DNA of 64,000 nt from Eledone cirrhosa (taxonomy: Eukaryota). The DNA lies in contig OZ024758.1 of NCBI GenBank assembly GCA_964016885.1, positions 39,246,001-39,310,000 of the forward strand, read 5' to 3'. Of the stretch, positions 15,301 to 30,800 are shown piece by piece. The notes under the pieces were generated by a model, which made no database searches, was not told where the DNA came from, and worked only from the letters and a program-made list of their open reading frames with translations. Numbering within the stretch: position 1 is the stretch's first letter; the number at the start of each line of letters is the position of its first letter. The translations under genes were made by a program, and so were the position numbers.

Positions 15301-18300
15301 CAACAGTGGAGTTACTTCTGACAGCTAATACCATGAACTTAAATGAATTCTCACCAACAGTGGAGTTACTTCTGACAGCTAATACCATGAACTTAAATGA
15401 ATTCTCACCAACATTGGAGTTACTTCTGACAGCTAATACCATGACTTAAATGAATTCTCACCAACAGTGGAGTTACTTCTGACAGCTAATACCATGAACT
15501 TAAATGAATTCTCACCAACAGTGGAGTTCCTTCTGACAGCTAATACCATGAACTTAAATGAATTCTCACCAACATTGGAGTTACTTCTGACAGCTAGTAC
15601 CATGACTTAAATGAATTCTCACCAACAATGGAGTTACTTCTGACAGCTAATACCATGACTTAAATGAATTCTCACCAGCAGTGGAGTTACTTCTGACAGC
15701 TAATACCATGAACTTAAATGAATTCTCACCAACAGTGGAGTTACTTCTGACAGCTAGTACCATGAACTTAAATGAATTCTCACCAACAGTGGAGTTACTT
15801 CTGACAGCTAGTACCATGAACTTAAATGAATTCTCACCAACATTGGAGTTACTTCTGACAACTAATACCATGATTTCAATGAATTCTCACCAACAGTGGA
15901 GTTACTTCTGACAACTAATACCATGAACTTAACTGAATTCTCACCAACAGTGGAGTTACTTCTGACAGCTAGTACCATGAACTTAAATGAATTCTCACCA
16001 ACATTGGAGTGACTTCTGACAGCTAGTACCATGAACTTAACTGAATTCTCACCAACAGTGGAGTTACTTCTGACAGCTAGTACCATGACTTAAATGAATT
16101 CTCACCAACTTTGGAGTTACTTCTGACAGCTAATACCATGACTTAAATGAATTCTCACCAACAGTGGAGTTACTTCTGACAGCTAATACCATGAACTTAA
16201 ATGAATTCTCACCAACATTGGAGTTACTTCTGACAGCTAGTACCATGAACTTAAATGAATTCTCACCAACAGTGGAGTTACTTCTGACAGCTAATACCAT
16301 GAACTTAAATGAATTCTCACCAACAGTGGAGTTCCTTCTGACAGCTAATACCATGAACTTAAATGAATTCTCACCAACATTGGAGTTACTTCTGACAGCT
16401 AGTACCATGATTTAAATGAATTCTCACCAACATTGGAGTTACTTCTGACAACTAATACCATGACTTAAATGAATTCTCACCAACAGTGCAGTTACTTCTG
16501 ACAGCTAATACCATGAACTTAAATGAATTCTCACCAACATTGGAGTTACTTCTGACAGCTAGTACCATGAACTTAAATGAATTCTCACCAACAGTGGAGT
16601 TACTTCTGACAGCTAATACCATGAACTTAAATGAATTCTCACCAACAGTGGAGTTCCTTCTGACAGCTAATACCATGAACTTAAATGAATTCTCACCAAC
16701 AGTGGAGTTACTTCTGACAGCTAGTACCATGACTTAAATGAATTCTCACCAACATTGGAGTTACTTCTGACAGCTAATACCATGAACTTAAATGAATTCT
16801 CACCAACAGTGGAGTTCCTTCTGACAGCTAGTACCATGAACTTAAATGAATTCTCACCAACAGTGGAGTTACTTCTGACAGCTAGTACCATGAACTTAAA
16901 TGAATTCTCACCAACAGTGGAGTTACTTCTGACAGCTAATACCATGAACTTAAATGAATTCTCACCAACAGTGGAGTTCCTTCTGACAGCTAATACCATG
17001 AACTTAAATGAATTCTCACCAACAGTGGAGTTACTTCTGACAGCTAGTACCATGACTTAAATGAATTCTCACCAACAATGGAGTTACTTCTGACAGCTAA
17101 TACCATGACTTAAATGAATTCTCACCAGCAGTGGAGTTACTTCTGACAGCTAATACCATGAACTTAAATGAATTCTCACCAACAGTGGAGTTACTTCTGA
17201 CAGCTGGTACCATGAACTTAAATGAATTCTCACGAACATTGGAGTTACTTCTGACAACTAATACCATGATTTAAATGAATTCTCACCAACAGTGGAGTTA
17301 CTTCTGACAACTAATACCATGAACTTAAATGAATTCTCACCAACAGTGGAGTTACTTCTGACAGCTAATACCATGAACTTAAATGAATTCTCACCAACAT
17401 TGGAGTTACTTCTGACAGCTAATACCATGACTTAAATGAATTCTCACCAACAGTGGAGTTACTTCTGACAGCTAATACCATGAACTTAAATGAATTCTCA
17501 CCAACATTGGAGTTACTTCTGACAGCTAGTACCATGAACTTAAATGAATACTCACCAACAGTGGAGTTACTTCTGACAGCTAATACCATGAACTTAAATG
17601 AATTCTCACCAACAGTGGAGTTCCTTCTGACAGCTAATACCATGAACTTAAATGAATTCTCACCAACATTGGAGTTACTTCTGACAGCTAGTACCATGAC
17701 TTAAATGAATTCTCACCAACATTGGAGTTACTTCTGACAACTAATACCATGACTTAAATGAATTCTCACCAACAGTGGAGTTACTTCTGACAAACTAATA
17801 CCATGAACTTAAATGAATTCTCACCAACAGTGGAGTTACTTCTGACAGCTAGTACCATGAACTTAAATGAATTCTCACCAACAGTGGAGTTCCTTCTGAC
17901 AGCTAATACCATGAACTTAAATGAATTCTCACCAACATTGGGGTTACTTCTGACAGCTAGTACCATGAACTTAAATGAATTCTCACCAACAGTGGAGTTA
18001 CTTCTGACAGCTAATACCATGAACTTAAATGAATTCTCACCAACAGTGGAGTTACTTCTGACAGCTAATACCATGAACTTAAATGAATTCTCACCAACAG
18101 TGGAGTTACTTCTGACAGCTAGTACCATGAACTTAAATGAATTCTCACCAACAGTGGAGTTACTTCCGACAGCTAATACCATGAACTTAAATGAATTATC
18201 ACCAACAGTGGAGTTACTTCTGACAGCTAATACCATGAACTTAAATGAATTCTCGCCCACACTGGAGTTACTTCTGACAGCTAGTACCATGAACCTAAAT

Positions 18301-19100
18301 GAATTCTCACCAACAGTGGAGTTACTTCTGACAGCTAATACCATGAACTTAAATGAATTCTCACCAACAGTGGAGTTCCTTCTGACAGCTAATACCATGA
18401 ACTTAAATGAATTCTCACCAACAGTGGAGTTACTTCTGACAGCTAGTACCATGACTTAAATGAATTCTCACCAACATTGGAGTTACTTCTGACAGCTAGT
18501 ACCATGAACTTAAATGAATTCTCACCAACAGTGGAGTTCCTTCTGACAGCTAATACCATGAACTTAAATGAATTCTCACCAACATTGGAGTTACTTCTGA
18601 CAGCTAGTACCATGACTTAAATGAATTCTCACCAACTTTGGAGTTACTTCTGACAGCTAATACCATGACTTAAATGAATTCTCACCAACAGTGGAGTTAC
18701 TTCTGACAGCTAATACCATGAACTTAAATGAATTCTCACCAACAGTGGAGTTACGTCTGACAGCTAGTACCATGAACTTAAATGAATTCTCACCAACATT
18801 GGAGTTACTTCTGACAACTAATACCATGACTTAAATGAATTTTCACCAACAGTGGAGTTACTTCTGACAAACTAATACCATGAACTTAAATGAATTCTCA
18901 CCAACAGTGGAGTTACTTCTGACAGCTAGTACCATGAACTTAAATGAATTCTCACCAACAGTGGAGTTACTTCTGACAGCTAATACCATGAACTTAAATG
19001 AATTCTCACCAACAGTGGAGTTACTTCTGACAGCTAATACCATGAACTTAAATGAATTCTCACCAACATTGGAGTTACTTCTGACAGCCAATACCATGAC
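8950..19100. repeat. About three copies of a ~3.4-3.8 kb higher-order block (~63-70 monomers) with whole-monomer indels between copies
   Basis: Marker TCTCGCCCAC has its G at 11055, 14600 and 18255 (offsets 3545 and 3655). The GCTGGTAC+CACGAAC pair occurs at ~13445/17205 (offset 3760). GTGCAG-bearing ORFs start at 9341, 12726 and 16486 (offsets 3385 and 3760). Confidence 0.9.
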
Positions 19101-20129
19101 TTAAATGAATTCTCACCAACAGTGGAGTTACTTCTGACAGCTAATACCATGAACTTAAATGAATTCTCACCAACATTGGAGTTACTTCTGACAGCTAGTA
19201 CCATGAACTTAAATGAATTCTCACCAACAGTGGAGTTACTTCTGACAGCTAATACCATGAACTTAAATGAATTCTCACCAACATTGGAGTTCCTTCTGAC
19301 AGCTAATACCATGAACTTAAATGAATTCTCACCAACATTGGAGTTACTTCTGACAGCTAGTACCATGACTTAAATGAATTCTCACCAACATTGGAGTTAC
19401 TTCTGACAACTAATACCATGACTTAAATGAATTCTCACCAACAGTGGAGTTACTTCTGACAAACTAATACCATGAACTTAAATGAATTCTCACCAACAGT
19501 GGAGTTACTTCTGACAGCTAGTACCATGAACTTAAATGAATTCTCACCAACAGTGGAGTTCCTTCTGACAGCTAATACCATGAACTTAAATGAATTCTCA
19601 CCAACAGTGGAGTTACTTCTGACAGCTAGTACCATGAACTTAAATGAATTCTCACCAACATTGGAGTTACTTCTGACAACTAATACCATGAATTAAATGA
19701 ATTCTCACCAACAGTGGAGTTACTTCTGACAAACTAATACCATGAACTTAAATGAATTCTCACCAACAGTGGAGTTACTTCTGACAGCTAGTACCATGAA
19801 CTTAAATGAATTCTCACCAACAGTGGAGTTACTTCTGACAGCTAATACCATGAACTTAAATGAATTCTCACCAACAGTGGAGTTACTTCTGACAGCTAGT
19901 ACCATGACTTAAATGAATTCTCACCAACTTTGGAGTTACTTCTGACAGCTAATACCATGACTTAAATGAATTCTCACCAACAGTGGAGTTACTTCTGACA
20001 GCTAATACCATGAACTTAAATGAATTCTCACCAACAGTGGAGTTACGTCTGACAGCTAGTACCATGAACTTAAATGAATTCTCACCAACATTGGAGTTAC
20101 TTCTGACAACTAATACCATGACTTAAATG

Positions 20130-23100
20130 AATTTTCACCAACAGTGGAGTTACTTCTGACAAACTAATACCATGAACTTAAATGAATTCTCACCAACAGT
20201 GGAGTTACTTCTGACAGCTAGTACCATGAACTTAAATGAATTCTCACCAACAGTGGAGTTACTTCTGACAGCTAATACCATGAACTTAAATGAATTCTCA
20301 CCAACAGTGGAGTTACTTCTGACAGCTAATACCATGAACTTAAATGAATTCTCACCAACATTGGAGTTACTTCTGACAGCTAATACCATGACTTAAATGA
20401 ATTCTCACCAACAGTGGAGTTACTTCTGACAGCTAATACTATGAACTTAAATGAATTCTCACCAACATTGGAGTTACTTCTGACAGCTAGTACCATGAAC
20501 TTAAATGAATTCTCACCAACAGTGGAGTTACTTCTGACAGCTAATACCATGAACTTAAATGAATTCTCACCAACAGTGGAGTTCCTTCTGACAGCTAATA
20601 CCATGAACTTAAATGAATTCTCACCAACATTGGAGTTACTTCTGACAGCTAGTACCATGACTTAAATGAATTCTCACCAACATTGGAGTTACTTCTGACA
20701 ACTAATACCATGACTTAAATGAATTCTCACCAACAGTGGAGTTACTTCTGACAAACTAATACCATGAACTTAAATGAATTCTCACCAACAGTGGAGTTAC
20801 TTCTGACAGCTAGTACCATGAACTTAAATGAATTCTCACCAATAGTGGAGTTCCTTCTGACAGCTAATACCATGAACTTAAATGAATTCTCACCAACAGT
20901 GGAGTTACTTCTGACAGCTAATACCATGAACTTAAATGAATTCTCACCAACAGTGGAGTTACTTCTGACAGCTAGTACCATGAACTTAAATGAATTCTCA
21001 CCAACATTGGAGTTACTTCTGACAACTAATACCATGAATTAAATGAATTCTCACCAACAGTGGAGTTACTTCTGACAAACTAATACCATGAACTTAAATG
21101 AATTCTCACCAACAGTGGAGTTACTTCTGACAGCTAGTACCATGAACTTAAATGAATTCTCACCAACAGTGGAGTTACTTCTGACAGCTAATACCATGAA
21201 CTTAAATGAATTCTCACCAACAGTGGAGTTACTTCTGACAGCTAATACCATGAACTTAAATTAATTCTCACCAACATTGGAGTTACTTCTGACAGCTAAT
21301 ACCATGAACTTAAATGAATTCTCACCAACAGTGGAGTTACTTCTGACAGGTAGTACCATGAACTTAAATGAATTCTCACCAACAGTGGAGTTACTTCTGA
21401 CAGCTAATACCATGAACTTAAATGAATTCTCACCAACAGTGGAGTTACTTCTGACAGCTAATACCATGAACATAAATGAATTCTCACCAACATTGGAGTT
21501 ACTTCTGACAAACTAATACCATGAACTTAAATGAATTCTCACCAACAGTGGAGTTACTTCTGACAGCTAGTACCATGAACTTAAATGAATTCTCACCAAC
21601 AGTGGAGTTACTTCTGACAGCTAATACCATGAACTTAAATGAATTCTCACCAACAGTGGAGTTACTTCTGACAGCTAATACCATGAACTTAAATGAATTC
21701 TCACCAACATTGGAGTTACTTCTGACAGCTAATACCATGACTTAAATGAATTCTCACCAACAGTGGAGTTACTTCTGACAGCTAATACCATGAACTTAAA
21801 TGAATTCTCACCAACATTGGAGTTACTTCTGACAGCTAGTACCATGAACTTAAATGAATTCTCACCAACAGTGGAGTTACTTCTGACAGCTAATACCATG
21901 AACTTAAATGAATTCTCACCAACAGTGGAGTTCCTTCTGACAGCTAATACCATGAACTTAAATGAATTCTCACCAACATTGGAGTTACTTCTGACAGCTA
22001 GTACCATGACTTAAATGAATTCTCACCAACATTGTAGTTACTTCTGACAACTAATACCATGACTTAAATGAATTCTCACCAACAGTGGAGTTACTTCTGA
22101 CAAACTAATACCATGAACTTAAATGAATTCTCACCAACAGTGGAGTTACTTCTAACAGCTAGTACCATGAACTTAAATGAATTCTCACCAACAGTGGAGT
22201 TCCTTCTGACAGCTAATACCATGAACTTAAATGAATTCTCACCAACAGTGGAGTTACTTCTGACAGCTAATACCATGAACTTAAATGAATTCTCACCAAC
22301 AGTGGAGTTACTTCTGACAGCTAGTACCATGAACTTAAATGAATTCTCACCAACATTGGAGTTACTTCTGACAACTAATACCATGAATTAAATGAATTCT
22401 CACCAACAGTGGAGTTACTTCTGACAAACTAATACCATGAACTTAAATGAATTCTCACCAACAGTGGAGTTACTTCTGACAGCTAGTACCATGAACTTAA
22501 ATGAATTCTCACCAACAGTGGAGTTACTTCTGACAGCTAATACCATGAACTTAAATGAATTCTCACCAACAGTGGAGTTACTTCTGACAGCTAATACCAT
22601 GAACTTAAATTAATTCTCACCAACATTGGAGTTACTTCTGACAGCTAATACCATGAACTTAAATGAATTCTCACCAACAGTGGAGTTACTTCTGACAGCT
22701 AATACCATGAACATAAATGAATTCTCACCAACATTGGAGTTACTTCTGACAGCTAGTACCATGAACTTAAATGAATTCTCACCAACAGTGAAGTTACTTC
22801 TGACAGCTAATACCATGAACTTAAATGATTTCTCACCAACAGTGGAGTTCCTTCTGACAGCTAATACCATGAACTAAAATGAATTCTCACCAACATTGGA
22901 GTTACTTCTGACAGCTAGTACTATGACTTAAATGAATTCTCACCAACATTGGAGTTACTTCTGACAACTAATACCATGACTTAAATGAATTCTCACCAAC
23001 AGTGGAGTTCCTTCTGACAGCTAATACCATGAACTTAAATGAATTCTCACCAACAGTGGAGTTACTTCTGACAGCTAGTACCATGACTTAAATGAATTCT

Positions 23101-24850
23101 CACCAACATTGGAGTTACTTCTGACAGCTAGTACCATGAACTTAAATGAATTCTCACCAACAGTGGAGTTCCTTCTGACAGCTAATACCATGAACTTAAA
23201 TGAATTCTCACCAACATTGGAGTTACTTCTGACAGCTAGTACCATGACTTAAATGAATTCTCACCAACTTTGGAGTTACTTCTGACAGCTAATACCATGA
23301 CTTAAATGAATTCTCACCAACAGTGGAGTTACTTCTGACAGCTAATACCATGAACTTAAATGAATTCTCACCAACAGTGGAGTTACGTCTGACAGCTAGT
23401 ACCATGAACTTAAATGAATTCTCACCAACATTGGAGTTACTTCTGACAACTAATACCATGACTTAAATGAATTCTCACCAACAGTGGAGTTACTTCTGAC
23501 AAACTAATACCATGAACTTAAATGAATTCTCACCAACAGTGGAGTTACTTCTGACAGCTAGTACCATGAACTTAAATGAATTCTCACCAACAGTGGAGTT
23601 CCTTCTGACAGCTAATACCATGAACTTAAATGAATTCTCACCAACAGTGGAGTTACTTCTGACAGCTAATACCATGAACTTAAATGAATTCTCACCAACA
23701 GTGGAGTTACTTCTGACAGCTAGTACCATGAACTTAAATGAATTCTCACCAACATTGGAGTTACTTCTGACAACTAATACCATGAATTAAATGAATTCTC
23801 ACCAACAGTGGAGTTACTTCTGACAAACTAATACCATGAACTTAAATGAATTCTCACCAACAGTGGAGTTACTTCTGACAGCTAGTACCATGAACTTAAA
23901 TGAATTCTCACCAACAGTGGAGTTACTTCTGACAGCTAATACCATGAACTTAAATGAATTCTCACCAACAGTGGAGTTACTTCTGACAGCTAATACCATG
24001 AACTTAAATTAATTCTCACCAACATTGGAGTTACTTCTGACAGCTAATACCATGAACTTAAATGAATTCTCACCAACAGTGGAGTTACTTCTGACAGCTA
24101 ATACCATGAACATAAATGAATTCTCACCAACATTGGAGTTACTTCTGACAGCTAGTACCATGAACTTAAATGAATTCTCACCAACAGTGAAGTTACTTCT
24201 GACAGCTAATACCATGAACTTAAATGATTTCTCACCAACAGTGGAGTTCCTTCTGACAGCTAATACCATGAACTAAAATGAATTCTCACCAACATTGGAG
24301 TTACTTCTGACAGCTAGTACTATGACTTAAATGAATTCTCACCAACATTGGAGTTACTTCTGACAACTAATACCATGACTTAAATGAATTCTCACCAACA
24401 GTGGAGTTCCTTCTGACAGCTAATACCATGAACTTAAATGAATTCTCACCAACAGTGGAGTTACTTCTGACAGCTAGTACCATGACTTAAATGAATTCTC
24501 ACCAACATTGGAGTTACTTCTGACAGCTAGTACCATGAACTTAAATGAATTCTCACCAACAGTGGAGTTCCTTCTGACAGCTAATACCATGAACTTAAAT
24601 GAATTCTCACCAACATTGGAGTTACTTCTGACAGCTAGTACCATGACTTAAATGAATTCTCACCAACTTTGGAGTTACTTCTGACAGCTAATACCATGAC
24701 TTAAATGAATTCTCACCAACAGTGGAGTTACTTCTGACAGCTAATACCATGAACTTAAATGAATTCTCACCAACAGTGGAGTTACGTCTGACAGCTAGTA
24801 CCATGAACTTAAATGAATTCTCACCAACATTGGAGTTACTTCTGACAACT
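20130..24850. repeat. Overlapping 25-monomer (1349 bp) and 26-monomer (1399 bp) tandem duplications
   Basis: ORF pairs 20150/21499, 20380/21729, 20742/22091 and 21066/22415 differ by 1349. Pairs 22091/23490, 22415/23814 and 22610/24009 differ by 1399. Confidence 0.85.
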
Positions 24851-27800
24851 AATACCATGAACTAAAATGAATTCTCACCAACAGTGGAGTTCCTTCTGAC
24901 AGCTAATACCATGAACTTAAATGAATTCTCACCAACATTGGAGTTACTTCTGACAGCTAGTACCATGACTTAAATGAATTCTCACCAACTTTGGAGTTAC
25001 TTCTGACAGCTAATACCATGACTTAAATGAATTCTCACCAACAGTGGAGTTACTTCTGACAGCTAATACCATGAACTTAAATGAATTCTCACCAACAGTG
25101 GAGTTACGTCTGACAGCTAGTACCATGAACTTAAATGAATTCTCACCAACATTGGAGTTACTTCTGACAACTAATACCATGACTTAAATGAATTTTCACC
25201 AACAGTGGAGTTACTTCTGACAAACTAATACCATGAACTTAAATGAATTCTCACCAACAGTGGAGTTACTTCTGACAGCTAGTACCATGAACTTAAATGA
25301 ATTCTCACCAACAGTGGAGTTACTTCTGACAGCTAATACCATGAACTTAAATGAATTCTCACCAACAGTGGAGTTACTTCTGACAGCTAATACCATGAAC
25401 TTAAATGAATTCTCACCAACATTGGAGTTACTTCTGACAGCTAATACCATGACTTAAATGAATTCTCACCAACAGTGGAGTTACTTCTGACAGCTAATAC
25501 CATGAACTTAAATGAATTCTCACCAACATTGGAGTTACTTCTGACAGCTAGTACCATGAACTTAAATGAATTCTCACCAACAGTGGAGTTACTTCTGACA
25601 GCTAATACCATGAACTTAAATGAATTCTCACCAACAGTGGAGTTCCTTCTGACAGCTAATACCATGAACTTAAATGAATTCTCACCAACATTGGAGTTAC
25701 TTCTGACAGCTAGTACCATGACTTAAATGAATTCTCACCAACATTGGAGTTACTTCTGACAACTAATACCATGACTTAAATGAATTCTCACCAACAGTGG
25801 AGTTACTTCTGACAAACTAATACCATGAACTTAAATGAATTCTCACCAACAGTGGAGTTACTTCTGACAGCTAGTACCATGAACTTAAATGAATCCTCAC
25901 CAACAGTGGAGTTCCTTCTGACAGCTAATACCATGAACTTAAATGAATTCTCACCAACAGTGGAGTTACTTCTGACAGCTAATACCATGAACTTAAATGA
26001 ATTCTCACCAACAGTGGAGTTACTTCTGACAGCTAGTACCATGAACTTAAATGAATTCTCACCAACATTGGAGTTACTTCTGACAACTAATACCATGAAT
26101 TACATGAATTCTCACCAACAGTGGAGTTACTTCTGACAAACTAATACCATGAACTTAAATGAATTCTCACCAACAGTGGAGTTACTTCTGACAGCTAGTA
26201 CCATGAACTTAAATGAATTCTCACCAACAGTGGAGTTACTTCTGACAGCTAATACCATGAACTTAAATGAATTCTCACCAACAGTGGAGTTACTTCTGAC
26301 AGCTAATACCATGAACTTAAATTAATTCTCACCAACATTGGAGTTACTTCTGACAGCTAATACCATGAACTTAAATGAATTCTCACCAACAGTGGAGTTA
26401 CTTCTGACAGGTAGTACCATGAACTTAAATGAATTCTCACCAACAGTGGAGTTACTTCTGACAGCTAATACCATGAACTTAAATGAATTCTCACCAACAG
26501 TGGAGTTACTTCTGACAGCTAATACCATGAACATAAATGAATTCTCACCAACATTGGAGTTACTTCTGACAAACTAATACCATGAACTTAAATGAATTCT
26601 CACCAACAGTGGAGTTACTTCTGACAGCTAGTACCATGAACTTAAATGAATTCTCACCAACAGTGGAGTTACTTCTGACAGCTAATACCATGAACTTAAA
26701 TGAATTCTCACCAACAGTGGAGTTACTTCTGACAGCTAATACCATGAACTTAAATGAATTCTCACCAACATTGGAGTTACTTCTGACAGCTAATACCATG
26801 ACTTAAATGAATTCTCACCAACAGTGGAGTTACTTCTGACAGCTAATACCATGAACTTAAATGAATTCTCACCAACATTGGAGTTACTTCTGACAGCTAG
26901 TACCATGAACTTAAATGAATTCTCACCAACAGTGGAGTTACTTCTGACAGCTAATACCATGAACTTAAATGAATTCTCACCAACAGTGGAGTTCCTTCTG
27001 ACAGCTAATACCATGAACTTAAATGAATTCTCACCAACATTGGAGTTACTTCTGACAGCTAGTACCATGACTTAAATGAATTCTCACCAACATTGGAGTT
27101 ACTTCTGACAACTAATACCATGACTTAAATGAATTCTCACCAACAGTGGAGTTACTTCTGACAAACTAATAACATGAACTTCAATGAATTCTCACCAACA
27201 GTGGAGTTACTTCTGACAGCTAGTACCATGAACTTAAATGAATTCTCACCAACAGTGGAGTTCCTTCTGACAGCTAATACCATGAACTTAAATGAATTCT
27301 CACCAACAGTGGAGTTACTTCTGACAGCTAATACCATGAACTTAAATGAATTCTCACCAACAGTGGAGTTACTTCTGACAGCTAGTACCATGAACTTAAA
27401 TGAATTCTCACCAACATTGGAGTTACTTCTGACAACTAATACCATGAATTAAATGAATTCTCACCAACAGTGGAGTTACTTCTGACAAACTAATACCATG
27501 AACTTAAATGAATTCTCACCAACAGTGGAGTTACTTCTGACAGCTAGTACCATGAACTTAAATGAATTCTCACCAACAGTGGAGTTACTTCTGACAGCTA
27601 ATACCATGAACTTAAATGAATTCTCACCAACAGTGGAGTTACTTCTGACAGCTAATACCATGAACTTAAATTAATTCTCACCAACATTGGAGTTACTTCT
27701 GACAGCTAATACCATGAACTTAAATGAATTCTCACCAACAGTGGAGTTACTTCTGACAGGTAGTACCATGAACTTAAATGAATTCTCACCAACAGTGGAG

Positions 27801-30800
27801 TTACTTCTGACAGCTAATACCATGAACTTAAATGAATTCTCACCAACAGTGGAGTTACTTCTGACAGCTAATACCATGAACATAAATGAATTCTCACCAA
27901 CATTGGAGTTACTTCTGACAGCTAGTACCATGAACTTAAATGAATTCTCACCAACAGTGAAGTTACTTCTGACAGCTAATACCATGAACTTAAATGATTT
28001 GTCACCAACAGTGGAGTTCCTTCTGACAGCTAATACCATGAACTAAAATGAATTCTCACCAACATTGGAGTTACTTCTGACAGCTAGTACTATGACTTAA
28101 ATGAATTCTCACCAACATTGGCGTTACTTCTGACAACTAATACCATGACTTAAATGAATTCTCACCAACAGTGGAGTTACTTCTGACAAACTAATACCAT
28201 GAACTTAAATGAATTCTCACCAACAGTGGAGTTACTTCTGACAGCTAGTACCATGAACTTAAATGAATTCTCACCAACAGTGGAGTTACTTCTGACAGCT
28301 AATACCATGAACTTAAATGAATTCTCACCAACAGTGGAGTTCCTTCTGACAGCTAATACCATGAACTTAAATGAATTCTAACCAACATTGGAGTTACTTC
28401 TGACAGCTAGTACCATGACTTAAATGAATTCTCACCAACATTGGAGTTACTTCTGACAACTAATAACATGACTTAAATGAATTCTCACCAACAGTGGAGT
28501 TACTTCTGACAAACTAATACCATGAACTTAAATGAATTCTCACCAACAGTGGAGTTACTTCTGACAGCTAGTACCATGAACTTAAATGAATTCTCACCAA
28601 CAGTGGAGTTCCTTCTGACAGCTAATACCATGAACTTAAATGAATTCTCACCAACAGTGGAGTTACTTCTGACAGCTAATACCATGAACTTAAATGAATT
28701 CTCACCAACAGTGGAGTTACTTCTGACAGCTAGTACCATGAACTTAAATGAATTCTCACCAACATTGGAGTTACTTCTGACAACTAATACCATGAACTTA
28801 AATGAATTCTCACCAACAGTGGAGTTACTTCTGACAGGTAGTACCATGAACTTAAATGAATTCTCACCAACAGTGGAGTTACTTCTGACAGCTAATACCA
28901 TGAACTTAAATGAATTCTCACCAACAGTGGAGTTACTTCTGACAGCTAATACCATGAACTTAAATGAATTCTCACCAACATTGGAGTTACTTCTGACAGC
29001 TAGTACCATGAACTTAAATGAATTCTCACCAACAGTGAAGTTACTTCTGACAGCTAATACCATGAACTTAAATGATTTCTCACCAACAGTGGAGTTCCTT
29101 CTGACAGCTAATACCATGAACTTAAATGAATTCTCACCAACATTGGAGTTACTTCTGACAGCTAGTACCATGAACTTAAATGAATTCTCACCAACAGTGG
29201 CGTTCCTTCTGACAGCTAATACCATGAACTTAAATGAATTCTCACCAACACTGGAGTTACTTCTGACAGCTAATACCATGAACTTAAATGAATTCTCACC
29301 AACATTGGAGTTACTTCTGACAACTAATACCATGACTTAAATGAATTCTCACCAACAGTGGAGTTACTTCTGACAAACTAATACCATGAACTTAAATGAA
29401 TTCTCACCAACAGTGGAGTTACTTCTGACAGCTAGTACCATTCTAACTTAAATGAATTCTCACCAACAGTGGAGTTACTTCTGACAGCTAATACCATGAA
29501 CTTAAATGAATTCTCACCAACAGTGGAGTTACTTCTGACAGCTAATACCATGAACTTAAATGAATTCTCACCAACATTGGAGTTACTTCTGACAGCTAGT
29601 ACCATTGTAACTTAAATGAATTCTCACCAACAGTGGAGTTACTTCTGACAGCTAATACCATGAACTTAAATGAATTCTCACCAACAGTGGAGTTACTTCT
29701 GACAGCTAGTACCATGAACTTAAATGAATTCTCACCAACAGTGGAGTTACTTCTGACAGCTAATACCATGAACTTAAATGAATTCTCACCAACAGTGGAG
29801 TTCCTTCTGACAGCTAATACCATGAACTTAAATGAATTCTCACCAACATTGTAGTTACATCTGACAGCTAGTACCATGACTTAAATGAATTCTCACCAAC
29901 ATTGGAGTTACCTCTGACAACTAATACCATGACTTAAATGAATTCTCACCAACAGTGGAGTTACTTCTGACAAACTAATACCATGAACTTAAATGAATTC
30001 TCACCAACAGTGGAGTTACTTCTAACAGCTAATACCATGAACTTAAATGAATTCTCACCAACAGTGGAGTTACTTCTGACAGCTAATACCATGAACTTAA
30101 ATGAATTCTAACCAACAGTGGAGTTACTTCTGACAGCTAGTACCATGAACTTAAATGAATTCTCACCAACAGTGGAGTTACTTCTGACAGCTAATACCAT
30201 GAACTTAAATGAATTCTCACCAACAGTGGAGTTACTTCTGACAGCTAATACCATGAACTTAAATTAATTCTCACCAACATTGGAGTTACTTCTGACAGCT
30301 AATACCATGAACTTAAATGAATTCTCACCAACAGTGGAGTTACTTCTGACAGCTAATACCATGAACATAAATGAATTCTCACCAACATTGGAGTTACTTC
30401 TGACAGCTAGTACCATGAACTTAAATGAATTCTCACCAACAGTGAAGTTACTTCTGACAGCTAATACCATGAACTTAAATGATTTCTCACCAACAGTGGA
30501 GTTCCTTCTGACAGCTAATACCATGAACTAAAATGAATTCTCACCAACATTGGAGTTACTTCTGACAGCTAGTACTATGACTTAAATGAATTCTCACCAA
30601 CATTGGAGTTACTTCTGACAACTAATACCATGACTTAAATGAATTCTCACCAACAGTGGAGTTCCTTCTGACAGCTAATACCATGAACTTAAATGAATTC
30701 TCACCAACAGTGGAGTTACTTCTGACAGCTAGTACCATGACTTAAATGAATTCTCACCAACATTGGAGTTACTTCTGACAGCTAGTACCATGAACTTAAA

